Notes: generated from the sequence alone by a model not told the origin. A DNA stretch of 64,000 nt from Gemmatimonadaceae bacterium (GCA_044224875.1 JBGAJQ010000018.1:12915-76914); one strand, 5' to 3'; counted from the first letter of the stretch, positions 40,386 through 52,212 are shown. Translations and numbers: made by a program.

Positions 40386-41624
40386 ATGGACGGCGTCGAG
40401 ACGCTCACGGTAGACTCCGTTGGGGCTGGCGGCGATGGCGTGGCTCGGCTGGACGGCATGGTAGTGTTCGTGCCGCGTAGCGCGCCGGGCGACGTCTTGC
40501 GCGTCCAACTGCAACGACACAGTGGGTTCGCGCGCGGACGCATCGTCGAGATCCTCTCCCGCGGCCCGGATCGCGTGGCCGCCCGCTGCCATCACTTCGA
40601 CGACGATCGTTGCGGGGGCTGTCAGCTGCAACACCTGGCCATCGACGCCCAGCGGAACGTCAAGGCGAGCGTCGTCAACGATGCCATGGCGCGTATTGCC
40701 CGCCGGCCCGACCGGGTGGAGCGCGTGATCCCAAGCCTCCAGGAGTGGGGCTACCGCAGCAAGCTTACCCTCACGATCCGCGAGCACGAGGGCCGCCGAT
40801 CTCGCACCATCGGACTCCGGCGCCTCGGGCAGCCGGATGCAGTCTTTGAGCTGACCGAGTGCCCGATCACGCAACCGGATGTCGTCGCGGCGTGGCGGGA
40901 AGTCGGGGCCGCGCGAGCGCTATTGCCGTCGGCGCGTACACTCTCCGGATCGGTCCGCGTCGGTGAGGACGGTCTGGCGTTCGTGCTGAACGGTGGGATT
41001 ACATGGCCGCGGGCGGCCGCCTTCGCCAAGGAATGCCCGTCCCTCGCCATCATTCGTTGGCACCCGCACGCCGCCGGGGTGCGCGTCGTGGCAGACCGGC
41101 GTACAGCTCAGAGTCCGGCGGCATCTTTTCAGCAGGTGAACCCGTTCGTCGCTCCCGAATTGCGTCGTCAGTTGCTGGAGAAGGTTCGGAGCTATCGCCC
41201 CGTCAGCGTCATCGACGCGTTTGCTGGCACCGGGGAGGTGGCGGTCTCGCTCCACGAAACGGGGATCTGCGTGACGGCGATTGAAGCTGACGAGGAGGCC
41301 GTGGCGTTCTGCGCGGGCCGGCTGGGGGAGCCGTCGCGTGCGATCGCCGGACGTGTGGAGGCGGTGCTCCCCTCGCTCGAGCCAGCGGATGTCGTCATCC
41401 TGAACCCTCCGCGGAATGGAGTGGAGCCGGTAGTGACGAGCACCCTCGAACGCTGGGTCGGCGACGTACGCGCCATCGTGTATGTCAGCTGCAACCCGGC
41501 GACACTCGCCCGCGACCTTCAGCGGTTGCCGTCCTACACCGTGCGCTCGTTAAGCGCATTCGACATGTTTCCACAAACGGCCCATGTCGAAACCCTTTGC
41601 GAACTCGTTCCGGAGCCCGCGTGA
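40386..41624 (+). CDS. rlmD: TRAM-domain RNA m5U methyltransferase (RlmD/TrmA family)
   Basis: TRAM domain, C..F...CGGC Fe-S motif, SFQQVN, NPPRNG, YVSCNPATLARD, DMFPQTAHVE. Confidence 0.85.
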   Translation: MDGVETLTVDSVGAGGDGVARLDGMVVFVPRSAPGDVLRVQLQRHSGFARGRIVEILSRGPDRVAARCHHFDDDRCGGCQLQHLAIDAQRNVKASVVNDAMARIARRPDRVERVIPSLQEWGYRSKLTLTIREHEGRRSRTIGLRRLGQPDAVFELTECPITQPDVVAAWREVGAARALLPSARTLSGSVRVGEDGLAFVLNGGITWPRAAAFAKECPSLAIIRWHPHAAGVRVVADRRTAQSPAASFQQVNPFVAPELRRQLLEKVRSYRPVSVIDAFAGTGEVAVSLHETGICVTAIEADEEAVAFCAGRLGEPSRAIAGRVEAVLPSLEPADVVILNPPRNGVEPVVTSTLERWVGDVRAIVYVSCNPATLARDLQRLPSYTVRSLSAFDMFPQTAHVETLCELVPEPA

Positions 41625-42118
41625 AGTACATCGTGGATGTGGATGGTGAGCGAATCACCGTAGATCTGGATGCCGACGGCGTGCGTGTGGGGGGACGCCG
41701 CGTGCAGGCGCACCTGGCGGACATCGAGGGGACGCCGATCCACCTCGTGCAGATCGACAACACGGTCCATCGCGTGGCGGCGCGGCGCGGCGATGCGCGG
41801 GGCCACTACGTGTTGTGGATGAACGGCTATCGGTATGAATGCGAGGCGCTCGACGAGCGATCGCGCGCCATCCAGGAAATGACCGCCGAGCATGCCGTGC
41901 CGAAGGGCCCGGGACGAATAATCGCGCCAATGCCAGGCCTGGTAAGCAAGATCCATGTGCGCGAAGGGGACCAGGTGTCGGCTGGTCAGGCGATTGTGGT
42001 CATCGAAGCGATGAAGATGGAGAACGAGTTGCGCGCCGTGTCGGCGGGGGTGGTCACACGCGTGCTCGCGGTTCAGGGTTCGGCGGTAGAGAAGGGCGCG
42101 GTCCTCGTCGAACTCTAG
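41621..42118 (+). CDS. Biotin carboxyl carrier protein (BT-like plus biotinyl domain)
   Basis: APMPG...EAMKMENE biotinylation motif. Confidence 0.92.
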   Translation: MKYIVDVDGERITVDLDADGVRVGGRRVQAHLADIEGTPIHLVQIDNTVHRVAARRGDARGHYVLWMNGYRYECEALDERSRAIQEMTAEHAVPKGPGRIIAPMPGLVSKIHVREGDQVSAGQAIVVIEAMKMENELRAVSAGVVTRVLAVQGSAVEKGAVLVEL

Positions 42119-42282
42119 ACGTTTCGTCCCGTCGGAAGAGCGGCTCGTCTGGCATTACGACGCGCCTCGCGTCGCAATCTTGCGAAAAATCGCTGGCACG
42201 CCGCAGGACCATTTCCTACATTGGCCGTGCCACCCTTAGGCGACAGCTGCGCTGTCGCACTCCCTCTTCTTAGGAGCACCCT

Positions 42283-45200
42283 ATGAGTCAACTGCGTTTG
42301 CGCAGGTGGTGTGTGGGCGCCCTGGCGGCGCTCATCGGACTCCCCAGCGTCGGCATGGGACAAGCTGCGACCACCGGAACGGTGTCCGGCACGATCGTCG
42401 ACAAGGAGACGAGGACGCCCGTCGAAGGCGCGCGGGTATCCGTCCTCGGCACGGCACTCGAAACCGCGTCGAATACTCGCGGCGAGTACCGAATCGTCGG
42501 CGTGCGTCCGGGCCGATTTCAGCTGAGCATCCTGAAGATCGGCTTTCGCGCAGCCGGCGACACAATGCGCGTGGCCGCCGGTGGCACCGTCACCCACAAT
42601 TTCGAGTTGGTCCGAACCGTCACGACGCTGCAGGAGCTGGTCGTCACGGGCACCGTGGGCAACCAGGAGCGTCGGGCGCAGGCCGCCACCGTGGCCTCCG
42701 TGGGGGCAACTGAAATCAAGATGAACGCGGTGATCACGAACGTGAACGAGATGTTGCAGTCGCGAGTGGCCGGCATTGCCGTGAATGCGGCGTCGGGTAC
42801 CGCGGGCACCAGCCGCAACATCCGCATTCGTGGTGCGTCGTCCATCTCGTTGTCGAACCAGCCGATCGTGTTCATCGACGGCGTTCGGTTCAACGAAGGG
42901 ACGGTGAACCTTGGCCTGAATGGCCAGCTCACGGACCGCATGAACGACCTGAACCCCGACGACGTCGAGAGCATCGAGGTCGTGAAGGGACCGTCAGCTG
43001 CGACCTTGTATGGTGCGGACGCGTCTGCCGGCGTGATCCAGATCATCACGAAGCGCGGAAGAACGGGGGCCAACTCGTTCCAGCAGACGCTGCGTGCGGA
43101 GTACGGACGACTGAACCAGGACTGGCTGCCACCCGATAACTACGGCCTGTGCACGGCGGCCCTGGTTGCTTCCACCAGCGCGAACCCGCTTTGCCGGGGC
43201 CAGTCGGTGGGACGTTGGTGCACGACAATCCATTGGCGCGCGAGTCCGGGTTCCGCACGGGAGCCGACCAGTTGTTTGGTTGGACCGGACGAGGGGGCGG
43301 CCAGAACTACGGCTACTTCCTTTCGGCATCAGCCGACCGCACCATCGGCACCCTTCCGAACAACGATTTCCGCCGCTACTCGTGGCGCACGAACTTCAAC
43401 TGGATACCGAACTCGAAGCTGACGCTCGAAGCCGGATTCTCCACGTTGTTGTCCAAGGCCGTGCTGCCGGACAACGACAACAACATCTACGGCTTCCTTG
43501 GCGGCGCCGAACTCGGATCGCCGACGACGCGTCGCGACGACGGCGTCCCCAGCCAGAACGGATGGTTCGGTTTCAACCGTGGTGTCGCTGCCATTTCCTC
43601 CATCGAGAATGAACTCGACACGCGACGCACGATCTTGAATGCGACGGCCAGCTACGTCCCGCTGCCGTGGCTCAAGAGCCGCTTTACTGTCGGCGGCGAC
43701 ATCCTCAACGATGAAGGCACGCGCTTCTTCCCGAAGAATCCGGACGGCTGGTACGCTGGACTATTGAACACGGGACAGAACACGCAGACGCGAAACGGCA
43801 TCACGCGCTATACCATCGACTGGATCAACGACGTCAATCGCAAGTATGGCGAGTTTGACATCAACGCGTCGGCGGGATTCCAGGCGATTGCGACGCGCAA
43901 TGATCAGCTGACGGCCACGGGTATCGGCTTCACCACTAATTCGTCGAACGTCATCACGTCTGCGTCAACCACCACTGGCACCGGGCAGCGTACCGATGTT
44001 CGCCAATACGGCTATCTCGGTCAGGTACAGGTGGGCTACAGGGATCGCTTGTTCCTGACGGGCGGCGCCCGGTTCGACGACTTCTCGGCGTTCGGTTCAA
44101 AGACGCCCGCGATCCTGCTGCCCAAAGCGGGGCTTTCGTGGGTGCTGTCTGACGAGAAGTTCTTCGAGCCTTTGACGAAGATCTTTCCGTCGTTTCGCGC
44201 GCGCGTTGCCTACGGCACAACGGGTCGCGCGCCGGGTGCGGGCGCGTCGCTCACCACGCTGCAAGCTGCGCCGTCGGCGATCACGACGGGGGCGAGTACG
44301 ACGGTTGAAGCTGGCGCCATCCCGTTCAACCCCGGCAACTTCGACCTGAAGCCGGAGAAGGGCGTGGAGGTCGAGGCAGGGGTGGACGCGTCGTTCTTCT
44401 CGGACCGGGCCCGCATTGAGCTCACCTACTTCAACAAGAAGACCAACGACCTGATCCTGCAGCGACCGCTGCCGCCGTCACTCGGCTATCAACAGAACCC
44501 GTTCGTGAACATCGGGCAGGTGGTCAACAGTGGGTTCGAGGTGTCGTTGAACGGTGAGTTGTTGCGGATGCGGAACTTCTCGTGGGATACACGGCTCAAC
44601 TTCAACACGCTGCATAACGAGCTGACCGATCTTGGCGGCATCGCGCCCTTCGGCACCTTGAACAGATTCACCGAAGGCTATCAGCTGGGCTCCTTCGTGT
44701 CCAAGCGCATTCGGAGCATCGACGAGGCGAACAGCCGCGTCACAGTCGCCGATACCTTCGAGGTCGTCGGGAACGCACTGCCGACGTTGGAAGCTGCCTG
44801 GAGCAACTCATTCACGATCATGAAGAACCTCCGCGTATCTGCTCTGGTGGATACGAAGCAGGACTTCCTCATCTACAATCTCACGGACTACTTCCGCGAG
44901 ACGCAGCTGGTGCGTAGCAATCGCCGACTCGACCCGACGGTGCTGTCGAAGCGTGAATTCCTCCGACGCTATGGCGATCAGACAGCGGGGCGTCCCGCCT
45001 TCGTGCAGCAGAACGGTACGGGGACGACGGTCGACCAGGCGCGCGATGCGTTCCTGCAACCAGGCGACTTCATTCGCTTCCGCGAACTGTCGTTCACGTA
45101 CGATGTGCCGGCCAAGTACCTGGGTGTGTTGCACGCCCATGGTGCAACGGTTGGCCTGGCCTTCCAGAATCTCGCACTCTGGACAGACTACCAGGGCCCG

Positions 45201-45311
45201 GATCCAGAGGTCGTCTCGAATCCAACGGAGTCCTTCGGTGTTGGGCGCACGGACTTCCTGACACTCCCCAATCCGAAGCGCGTTCTGTTTCGCGTGAACC
45301 TGAGCTTCTGA
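42283..45311 (+). CDS. SusC/RagA-like TonB-dependent receptor (single frameshift near 43210)
   Basis: Signal peptide, CarboxypepD-like domain, plug (IRIRGASS, DLNPDDVESIEVVKGPSAATLYG), barrel LKPEKG...RVNLSF; two halves in adjacent frames. Confidence 0.9.
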
Positions 45312-45322
45312 CCGAGGATCCC

Positions 45323-46567
45323 ATGACGACATACACTCGCGCCTGTGGGCGCCTGCTGGCTGCCGCCGCGCTCCTCGCGGGCGTCGGTTGCACCGACTTC
45401 TTGACGGTGGACAACCCGAACGTGATCGACATCAACGCGGTCGATCCCGTGAAGGATGCCGCCACACTGGCCAACTCCGCGCAGCAAAACTATGCAGCGG
45501 CGTTAGGCTGGATGATCATGTACTCCTCGTGGTACAACGGCGAGTCGATCGTCGCCGAAACGTTCCCAACGCGCAATGAGTTCGGACGACGAGACGTTTC
45601 AGAGTCGAACGGCTCACTGTCGACGGACGTGTGGGGCACCTTGTCCCTCGCCGCGGCGTCCACGAAGATCGTGCTCGACTTGACGCTGCCAACGCCAACG
45701 ACGAACCTGAACTATGCGCGTTCGTCCCTGTGGCGGGGGTACGCGTTCGAGTTAATGGCAGAAAACTTCTGCGATGGCACGGTGAGCAACGGACCCAAGC
45801 TCAACACCGCAGCCATGCTGGACTCGGCGGTCGCCAACTTCACCAAGGCGAACACAATCGGGAATGCCGAAGCGTCAACGACCGGCAAGGCTCTCGCCAA
45901 TGCCGCCATGGTGGGACGAGCCCGTGCGCAGCTTCAAGCCGGGCGCAAGAGCCAGGCGGCAGCGGACGCGGCTGCGGTTCCTGCCGCATTCGTGTTCAAC
46001 TTCGGGTATGTGGACGACGCGGCCAACCGCAATCGCCTGGCGAATCGCATGTGGCAGTTCACGCTCGATCGCGGCTCCATTGGGGTCTCGGAGGCGTTCC
46101 GCGTGACGGACCCACGCGTGCCCTTCAAGGCACCAGGCCAGCACACCCTATCGCCGCAGGACGCGTCGACGGGAGCGTTCTACATCCAGAACAAGTTCCC
46201 AGCCTTCAACTCGCCGATTCGCGTGGCATCGAAGCTCGAGGCGGACTACATCGCCGCGGAAGCGGGCGACATCGCCGCTCAGACGGCGCTCATCACCGCG
46301 CGGCGTGCGGCCAATTCGCAGCCGGTGTACAGCGGCCCCTCGGACGCGGCGTCCATCTTGTCTGAGCTGCTCTGGCAGAAGTCGCTCGACTTCTATCTGG
46401 AAGGCCAGCGGATGGGAGATTTCCGGCGCAATCCCACCGCGGTGCGGGCCTTGCCGGTGCCCGGAGCGGCCTACTTCAAGCCGGGATTCCCGTCAATCGG
46501 CAGCGGCACGTGCTTCCCGATTCCGCTCACGGAAAAGGACAACAACCCCAACCTGCGCGGGTCGTAA
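45323..46567 (+). CDS. SusD/RagB-like lipoprotein
   Basis: Lipobox (AGVGC), FYLEGQRMGDFRR, FPIPLTEKDNNPNL C-terminus; directly follows the SusC-like gene. Confidence 0.85.
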   Translation: MTTYTRACGRLLAAAALLAGVGCTDFLTVDNPNVIDINAVDPVKDAATLANSAQQNYAAALGWMIMYSSWYNGESIVAETFPTRNEFGRRDVSESNGSLSTDVWGTLSLAAASTKIVLDLTLPTPTTNLNYARSSLWRGYAFELMAENFCDGTVSNGPKLNTAAMLDSAVANFTKANTIGNAEASTTGKALANAAMVGRARAQLQAGRKSQAAADAAAVPAAFVFNFGYVDDAANRNRLANRMWQFTLDRGSIGVSEAFRVTDPRVPFKAPGQHTLSPQDASTGAFYIQNKFPAFNSPIRVASKLEADYIAAEAGDIAAQTALITARRAANSQPVYSGPSDAASILSELLWQKSLDFYLEGQRMGDFRRNPTAVRALPVPGAAYFKPGFPSIGSGTCFPIPLTEKDNNPNLRGS

Positions 46568-46590
46568 CTCACCACGCAGTGCGAAGTGAT

Positions 46591-46630
46591 GAAGACGCCG
46601 CCGGGAACGTCCCGGCGGCGTCTTCTTTCT
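46591..46630 (+). terminator. Intrinsic terminator
   Basis: GAAGACGCCGCCGGGA-acg-TCCCGGCGGCGTCTTC followed by TTTCT. Confidence 0.85.
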
Positions 46631-46637
46631 CGGGGGG

Positions 46638-49139
46638 TCACACGCTAGCGAGTACGCGCCGCACGGTGGCCCCCAATTCATCGAGGGCGAAGGGCTTCGA
46701 CACGAAGGGGAGGTCCGGCGTGTTGTTGCCGAACGTCTCGTCATAGTCGGCGTAGCCGGACATGCAAATGATCTTGGCGTCCGGATTGGCGATGCGCAGG
46801 TAGTGTACGAGCTGGCGGCCATTCATGCCGGGCATCGCGAGGTCCGTGAGCACCAGGTCCACGGGTCCGTCCTGCGAGAGAGAAGCAAGGGCCTGCCGTC
46901 CATGCGCGGCCACGCGCACATGGTAGCCCAGTCGCGTGAAGTAGGTGCGAAGCGTATTGGCGATCGCCTCGTCGTCGTCGACCACCAGAATCTTTTCGCC
47001 GCCCCCGATGCCAGGACGCACGTGGGTAGCCGGTGCATCGCCAGGCTCAACGGCCGCCTGCAATGGAAATGCCACCAAAAACGTAGTCCCAGCGCCAGGT
47101 TGCGTTTCGACGTCGATGCGTCCGTGCAAGTCTTCCACGATGGCCGCGACCATGGCGAGGCCCAGGCCACTCCCCGCGCCTAACGCCTTGGTCGTGAAGA
47201 ACGGTTCAAAGATCCGCGCCCGGATTTCCGGGGCGATGCCGGTGCCGGTGTCCTTGACCTGCAGGCGACCTTCGGCTGTCGCCTCATCGGCCTGCACGCG
47301 CACCTCCATCACCCCACCATCCGGCATCGCGTCGCGCGCATTCAATGCCAGGTTGAGCACGATCTGCTCCACATACCCAGCGTCGGCATCCACCCACGCC
47401 GGTCGGTCGCCAATACACAGGCGTAGCGTGACTTCCTTGGCCACGATCCGGCGCAGCATCGACTCCATTTCGGCGACCACCACATTCAAGTCCAGCCGCT
47501 GGAGATGGGGCTCACGATTGCGGCTGAACGCCAAAATGCGGCGCGTCAGGTCCGCGGCACGCTCGACTGCCCGGTCGATCTCATCCAGTTCAGCGTTTAG
47601 CTGTGGGGCGTTCTCACGCCGGCCGCGTGCCAGCCCGGCGAACCCGCGGATTACGGTCAACACGTTGTTGAAGTCGTGCGCGATCCCGCCGGCGAGTCGC
47701 CCGACGACTTCCATCTTCTGCGCGTGACGTGCCTGCTCCTCCAGTGCGACCTGCGCCGTCACGTCGCGACCATTGATCACGAAGCCATCGATGACGCCGT
47801 CGTCCCGGCGATCCTGCACGAGGGCGTCGATCGTCACCCAATTGCCGTCCGCCCGGTGCATGCGCCATCGCATGGGCGACCTGACTCGATTTGCCAGGAC
47901 CTCCAGGGGGTGCTGGTCGAGCTCCCGGCGGTCGTCGGGGTGCAGGTACAACGCGAACTCCGCCCCGAGTGTGGCCTCGGGGGTCGTGCCGAGGGTGCGA
48001 CAGACAGACGGCGTTACGAACGTCATGTGCCCGCGATCGTCCACCACGAGCACCAGGTCCGAGGAATGCTCGATGAGCGCGGCGAACTTCGCTTGCTCGT
48101 TCTGTCGCTCCCGGACTACGCGTTCCGTGTCCCTGAACGCCACCGCCGGAAGCACCACGAGGAGTCCCGTGAGCGTCGCCGCGACGAGCAGGAAGCCGCC
48201 GGAGGGGCTCGCCAACACGGGAGCACTGGCGCGCAGCATGACCGCGTACGCCACAAGGATGCTCCCGTACACGAGGCCGCGCAGGACCAACAGCGACTCC
48301 AGCGAGCGCTCGGGATGCGCGTGGCTGGTGTCTCGTTCCAGGACCGCCTGATACGCACCGGCGATGGCCATCAGAAGGGACGGCGTATACCACACGGCAT
48401 CAAGCGGCGACGACGTTTGATACTGGCCGCGTAGTGCCATCTCCGTGGAAAGGAGATCTCCGCACGCTGAAATCAGCTGCGCCGCTGTGACAATGAAGAT
48501 GGCACTGCGATGTATGGGCAGCGTACCTCGGAGCAGCAGGATCGTGAGCGCCGCCAGCGGAAAGAGGTCACCCATGGAAGACCACGCGACCTCGAGGTAT
48601 TTCGTCATGCCGCCAGCTGGTACAGCGAGTAGCGGTCGCACGACGAAGAACCAGCCAAGCGCGAGTCCGGCAACCAGCACAACGACGCCAAGAATCTGAC
48701 TACGCCTGAACGGGCTACGTTCTCGCGGTGCAACTGGGAACGTGAGCAGTCCTGCTACGAAGGGCGGATACGACAACACGCCGATGTACCAGATCCAACC
48801 TTGTTGCTCCTTGGGCAGGCCCACCGCGTGCGCAAGCGCGCTTGCCAGCACAACAACCACCATCACCGCCTCCGACAGCTGGAACAGTCGCCAAGCGCGT
48901 GCAGCACGGCGGTTGAGCCGCGTAGCGACAGCGGCACGACCTAGCAGTATCGCTGCTAGCAGATGAAGCGGGAGGTACGTCAGCCAGTCGACGGCAAGTG
49001 TCCATTCACTCGTGGCCGCCCACCACTGTTTGATCAGCGAGAGCGAAAACATCAGCACGCCGGCGACTACACTCAGTCGGGTTTCCGTCGAGGAGAGAAC
49101 CGCGGCAATTCGCTGTTGCGTCGTAGGCTGTGCGCTCAT
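46638..49139 (-). CDS. Hybrid sensor histidine kinase (multi-TM sensor, PAS, HisKA, HATPase, receiver)
   Basis: About 10 TM helices; PAS (LHPDD); [41 protein letters not shown]. Confidence 0.93.
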   Translation of the reverse strand: MSAQPTTQQRIAAVLSSTETRLSVVAGVLMFSLSLIKQWWAATSEWTLAVDWLTYLPLHLLAAILLGRAAVATRLNRRAARAWRLFQLSEAVMVVVVLASALAHAVGLPKEQQGWIWYIGVLSYPPFVAGLLTFPVAPRERSPFRRSQILGVVVLVAGLALGWFFVVRPLLAVPAGGMTKYLEVAWSSMGDLFPLAALTILLLRGTLPIHRSAIFIVTAAQLISACGDLLSTEMALRGQYQTSSPLDAVWYTPSLLMAIAGAYQAVLERDTSHAHPERSLESLLVLRGLVYGSILVAYAVMLRASAPVLASPSGGFLLVAATLTGLLVVLPAVAFRDTERVVRERQNEQAKFAALIEHSSDLVLVVDDRGHMTFVTPSVCRTLGTTPEATLGAEFALYLHPDDRRELDQHPLEVLANRVRSPMRWRMHRADGNWVTIDALVQDRRDDGVIDGFVINGRDVTAQVALEEQARHAQKMEVVGRLAGGIAHDFNNVLTVIRGFAGLARGRRENAPQLNAELDEIDRAVERAADLTRRILAFSRNREPHLQRLDLNVVVAEMESMLRRIVAKEVTLRLCIGDRPAWVDADAGYVEQIVLNLALNARDAMPDGGVMEVRVQADEATAEGRLQVKDTGTGIAPEIRARIFEPFFTTKALGAGSGLGLAMVAAIVEDLHGRIDVETQPGAGTTFLVAFPLQAAVEPGDAPATHVRPGIGGGEKILVVDDDEAIANTLRTYFTRLGYHVRVAAHGRQALASLSQDGPVDLVLTDLAMPGMNGRQLVHYLRIANPDAKIICMSGYADYDETFGNNTPDLPFVSKPFALDELGATVRRVLASV

Positions 49140-49218
49140 CGGGCGAGCCCCGCAGGCAAGAGACCTGGACCGGGCGGTACGGGGGCTCGCAAAGCGGCTG
49201 ACAATAGAGACTTACGCA

Positions 49219-49247
49219 TTGACACCAGAACTGTGGACGGCTACGTT
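49219..49247 (+). promoter_or_regulatory. Sigma70 promoter of rplM-rpsI
   Basis: TTGACA-17 bp-TACGTT. Confidence 0.7.
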
Positions 49248-49326
49248 CAGTGTCTTGCCAAAATTTGCCGGCATTTCACCTGTCGAAGGCTGCGAAAGCG
49301 GCCGCGACCGTTTGTTCACAAGTAAA

Positions 49327-49773
49327 ATGAAGACTTTCACCGCCAAACCGAAAGAGATCGACAAACATTGGTTTGTTGTCGATGCCGATGGCATGGTGCT
49401 GGGCCGATTGGCCTCCGAGGTGGCGAAGATCATTCGCGGGAAGCACAAGCCGATTTACACCCCCCACATCGACACGGGGGACGGGGTCATTGTCATCAAT
49501 GCCGCAAAAGTTCGGATGACTGGCCGCAAGGTGGAGCAGAAGCAGTATTTCCGGCACACTGGCTACATGGGGCATGAGCTGTACACGCCAGCGTCCACGA
49601 TGCTCGCCAAGCACCCCGAACGCGTGATCGAGAAAGCGGTGTACGGCATGCTCCCCAAATCGACCCTGTCTCGGCAGGTATTGCGCCGCAAGCTACGGGT
49701 TTACGCGACGTCGGAACATCCGCACGCGGCCCAGCAGCCCAAGGTGCTGACCTTCAGCGCGAAGAGTGAGTAG
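49327..49773 (+). CDS. rplM: 50S ribosomal protein L13
   Basis: [34 protein letters not shown]. Confidence 0.98.
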   Translation: MKTFTAKPKEIDKHWFVVDADGMVLGRLASEVAKIIRGKHKPIYTPHIDTGDGVIVINAAKVRMTGRKVEQKQYFRHTGYMGHELYTPASTMLAKHPERVIEKAVYGMLPKSTLSRQVLRRKLRVYATSEHPHAAQQPKVLTFSAKSE

Positions 49774-49775
49774 GC

Positions 49776-50165
49776 ATGTCTGAGTCATTTCACAGCGTCG
49801 GGCGCCGCAAGGAAGCGGTCTGCCGCTTGTACCTCACCCCAGGTTCCGGCAAGTGGGACGTCAATGGACGGACGTTGGGGGATTACTTCCCGCGGCCGGC
49901 ATTGGTCTCGGCAATCCAGCAGCCATTCACGGCCACTGACACGCTCGGGCGTTTCGACGTGAAGTGCCATTTGGTTGGGGGAGGTCAGACGGGACAGGCC
50001 GGAGCTCTTCGCCTCGCGGCGGCGCGCGCCCTCGTGCAGGTTGACGAGACGCATCGGCGCAAGCTGCGCGACCTTGGCCTGTTGACCCGCGACGCACGCG
50101 CGGTCGAACGCAAGAAGCCCGGCCGTCCGGGAGCACGAAAGCGGTTCCAGTTCTCGAAGCGATAA
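49776..50165 (+). CDS. rpsI: 30S ribosomal protein S9
   Basis: GRRKEAV, GGGQTGQAGA, ERKKPG..ARKRFQFSKR. Confidence 0.98.
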   Translation: MSESFHSVGRRKEAVCRLYLTPGSGKWDVNGRTLGDYFPRPALVSAIQQPFTATDTLGRFDVKCHLVGGGQTGQAGALRLAAARALVQVDETHRRKLRDLGLLTRDARAVERKKPGRPGARKRFQFSKR

Positions 50166-50215
50166 CGCGGCTTGGTGGCGTCCTCGGACGCCATCGACCT
50201 CGTCGCTTCACCATC

Positions 50216-50293
50216 ACGCACGTGTTCTGAGCGGTCCAGGGTGCCGGCCAAGCCGGTTGAGGACAGCGACGAAGAACGCGGACGATCCAACCC
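50216..50293 (+). promoter_or_regulatory. Putative S2 (rpsB) autoregulatory leader
   Basis: ACGCACG...CCAGGGUGCC...CGGACGAUCCAACCC resembles the known rpsB leader layout (ACAC..GGGU..AACC) with nested stems. Confidence 0.6.
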
Positions 50294-50312
50294 AACACAG
50301 GTACAACAACAC

Positions 50313-51215
50313 ATGTCAGTATCCCTGGAGCAACTCCTCGAAGCCGGCGTTCACTTTGGCCACCAGACCCGACGGTGGAATCCGAAGATGCGCCGGTTCA
50401 TTTTTGCCGAGCGTAACGGCATCCACATCATCGATCTGCAGAAGACCCTCCGGCAGATCGAACTCGCACAAAAACTGGTCCGCGATGTGCTGATGCGCGG
50501 CGACAACGTCCTCTTCGTCTGCACCAAGCGCCAACTCGCGGCGATCGTGCAAGGCGAGGCGTCCCGCAGTGGGGCGATGTACGTGACGGAGCGCTGGTTA
50601 GGCGGCCTGTTGACCAACTTCCAGACCATCAAGCGGCAGACAAAGCGGCTGAAGGAACTCGAGGCGGGCAGCGAGGCGGGCGGCGAATTCGAGAACTACA
50701 CGAAGAAGGAGCAGCTGCTCCTCTCGCGGCAACGCGACAAGCTCTCGAAGAACCTGCAAGGCATCAAGAACATGACGCGCTTGCCTGGGCTCCTCTTCAT
50801 TGTCGATGCACGCAAGGAGCGTATCGCCGTCAGTGAGGCCAACAAGCTCGGCATTCCAATCGTAGCCATCTGCGATACCAATTCGGATCCGGACCTCATC
50901 ACGGTACCGATCGCGGGGAATGACGACGCGATCCGGTCCGTGGAGTTGATCACGCACGTGTTGGCTGAGTCCATCCTCGAAGGGCGTCGTGAGGCACCGG
51001 TGCGCTCGCACGAGGAGGAAGGCGAAGAAAGCACGTACAGCAGCGATCGCGGGCTGGAGCCGGCTGCCGCGAGCGATGAGGACCGCAAGCGTCGTCGGCG
51101 TCCGCGCCGTCGCCGCGCCAAGCCGGAAGCCATTGCCAAGCGGCTGAAGACTGGTGAAGAGGGTGGAGAAGGGGAGAGTGAAGGAACCGAAGGAGGCGAC
51201 GAGGGCGCCGAGTAA
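50313..51215 (+). CDS. rpsB: 30S ribosomal protein S2
   Basis: LLEAGVHFGHQTRRWNPKM, RWLGGLLTNF, GNDDAIRS. Confidence 0.98.
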   Translation: MSVSLEQLLEAGVHFGHQTRRWNPKMRRFIFAERNGIHIIDLQKTLRQIELAQKLVRDVLMRGDNVLFVCTKRQLAAIVQGEASRSGAMYVTERWLGGLLTNFQTIKRQTKRLKELEAGSEAGGEFENYTKKEQLLLSRQRDKLSKNLQGIKNMTRLPGLLFIVDARKERIAVSEANKLGIPIVAICDTNSDPDLITVPIAGNDDAIRSVELITHVLAESILEGRREAPVRSHEEEGEESTYSSDRGLEPAAASDEDRKRRRRPRRRRAKPEAIAKRLKTGEEGGEGESEGTEGGDEGAE

Positions 51216-51312
51216 GCACGTCGAAGTGCGACGCCCTCCTGATTCATTGACAGACGCGCGCCGCCGGTGTCCCACTGGCGGCGTTCGCACAAGCCACTAT
51301 GAGTTGAGTCCT

Positions 51313-52212
51313 ATGTCTAACGTGACCATCAGTGCCAAAGAAGTCGCCGAGCTCCGTGCGCGAACGGGCGCCGGCATCGGAGACTGCAAGAATGCCCTTG
51401 TGGAAGCCAACGGCGACATGAATCGGGCCGTCGAACTGCTGCGCACCAAGGGAATCGCCAAGGCAGAGAAGCGGGCCGGCCGTGCCGCCTCCGAAGGCCG
51501 CATTGCCTGCCTGACCGCTCCTGACAACAAGACCGCGATCCTTCTGGAGTTGAATTCCGAGACGGACTTCGTGTCGCGCAACGATGAATTTGGAGCAGTC
51601 ACGCAAGCGTTAGGCGAGCAGCTGCTGGCAGACCCGTCGTTTGACGGCGTGGTGGCCAACGCGGCCGAGGGTGCCTTCATGAACCAGCCGTCGGCGGCCG
51701 ACAAGTCGAAGACCGTTGCGGACGTCGTGAAGGCGGCGTCGGCCAAGACGGGCGAGAACGTGGTACTGCGTCGTTATGCACGCTTTACGACGGACGGGAT
51801 CATTGGCACCTACCTGCACCACAACGGCAAGGTCGCGGTGCTGGTTGAGGTGACCGGGGGAAGCGGTGACGCCGCGCTGACCGTCGCCAAGCAGATCGCT
51901 GAACACGTAGCCGCCGGCGTGCCGGCGGTGGCCTTGGCGGTGTCGCGAGGCGACGTCCCGACGGACGCCGTCGATCGCGAGCGTCGCATTTTTGAGGAGC
52001 AGGCCAAGCAGAGCGGAAAGCCGGACAACATCATCCAGAAGATGGTCGAAGGGCGCGTCAACAAGTTTTTTGCTGAAGTGGCCCTGATCGAACAGCCTTG
52101 GGTTCGCGACGAGGCCAAGACGATCAAGCAGCTGCTGGAGGAGGCCTCAAAGCAGTCAGGCGCTAATCTCACTGTCCAACGGTTCGTGCGTTATCGGATG
52201 GGAGAGGAGTAA
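51313..52212 (+). CDS. tsf: Elongation factor Ts
   Basis: [31 protein letters not shown]. Confidence 0.97.
   Translation: MSNVTISAKEVAELRARTGAGIGDCKNALVEANGDMNRAVELLRTKGIAKAEKRAGRAASEGRIACLTAPDNKTAILLELNSETDFVSRNDEFGAVTQALGEQLLADPSFDGVVANAAEGAFMNQPSAADKSKTVADVVKAASAKTGENVVLRRYARFTTDGIIGTYLHHNGKVAVLVEVTGGSGDAALTVAKQIAEHVAAGVPAVALAVSRGDVPTDAVDRERRIFEEQAKQSGKPDNIIQKMVEGRVNKFFAEVALIEQPWVRDEAKTIKQLLEEASKQSGANLTVQRFVRYRMGEE

Noticed and set aside
43190..43230. Programmed frameshift or phase variation in the SusC-like gene
   Set aside because: No long homopolymer or slippery heptamer; the window has many similar indels.
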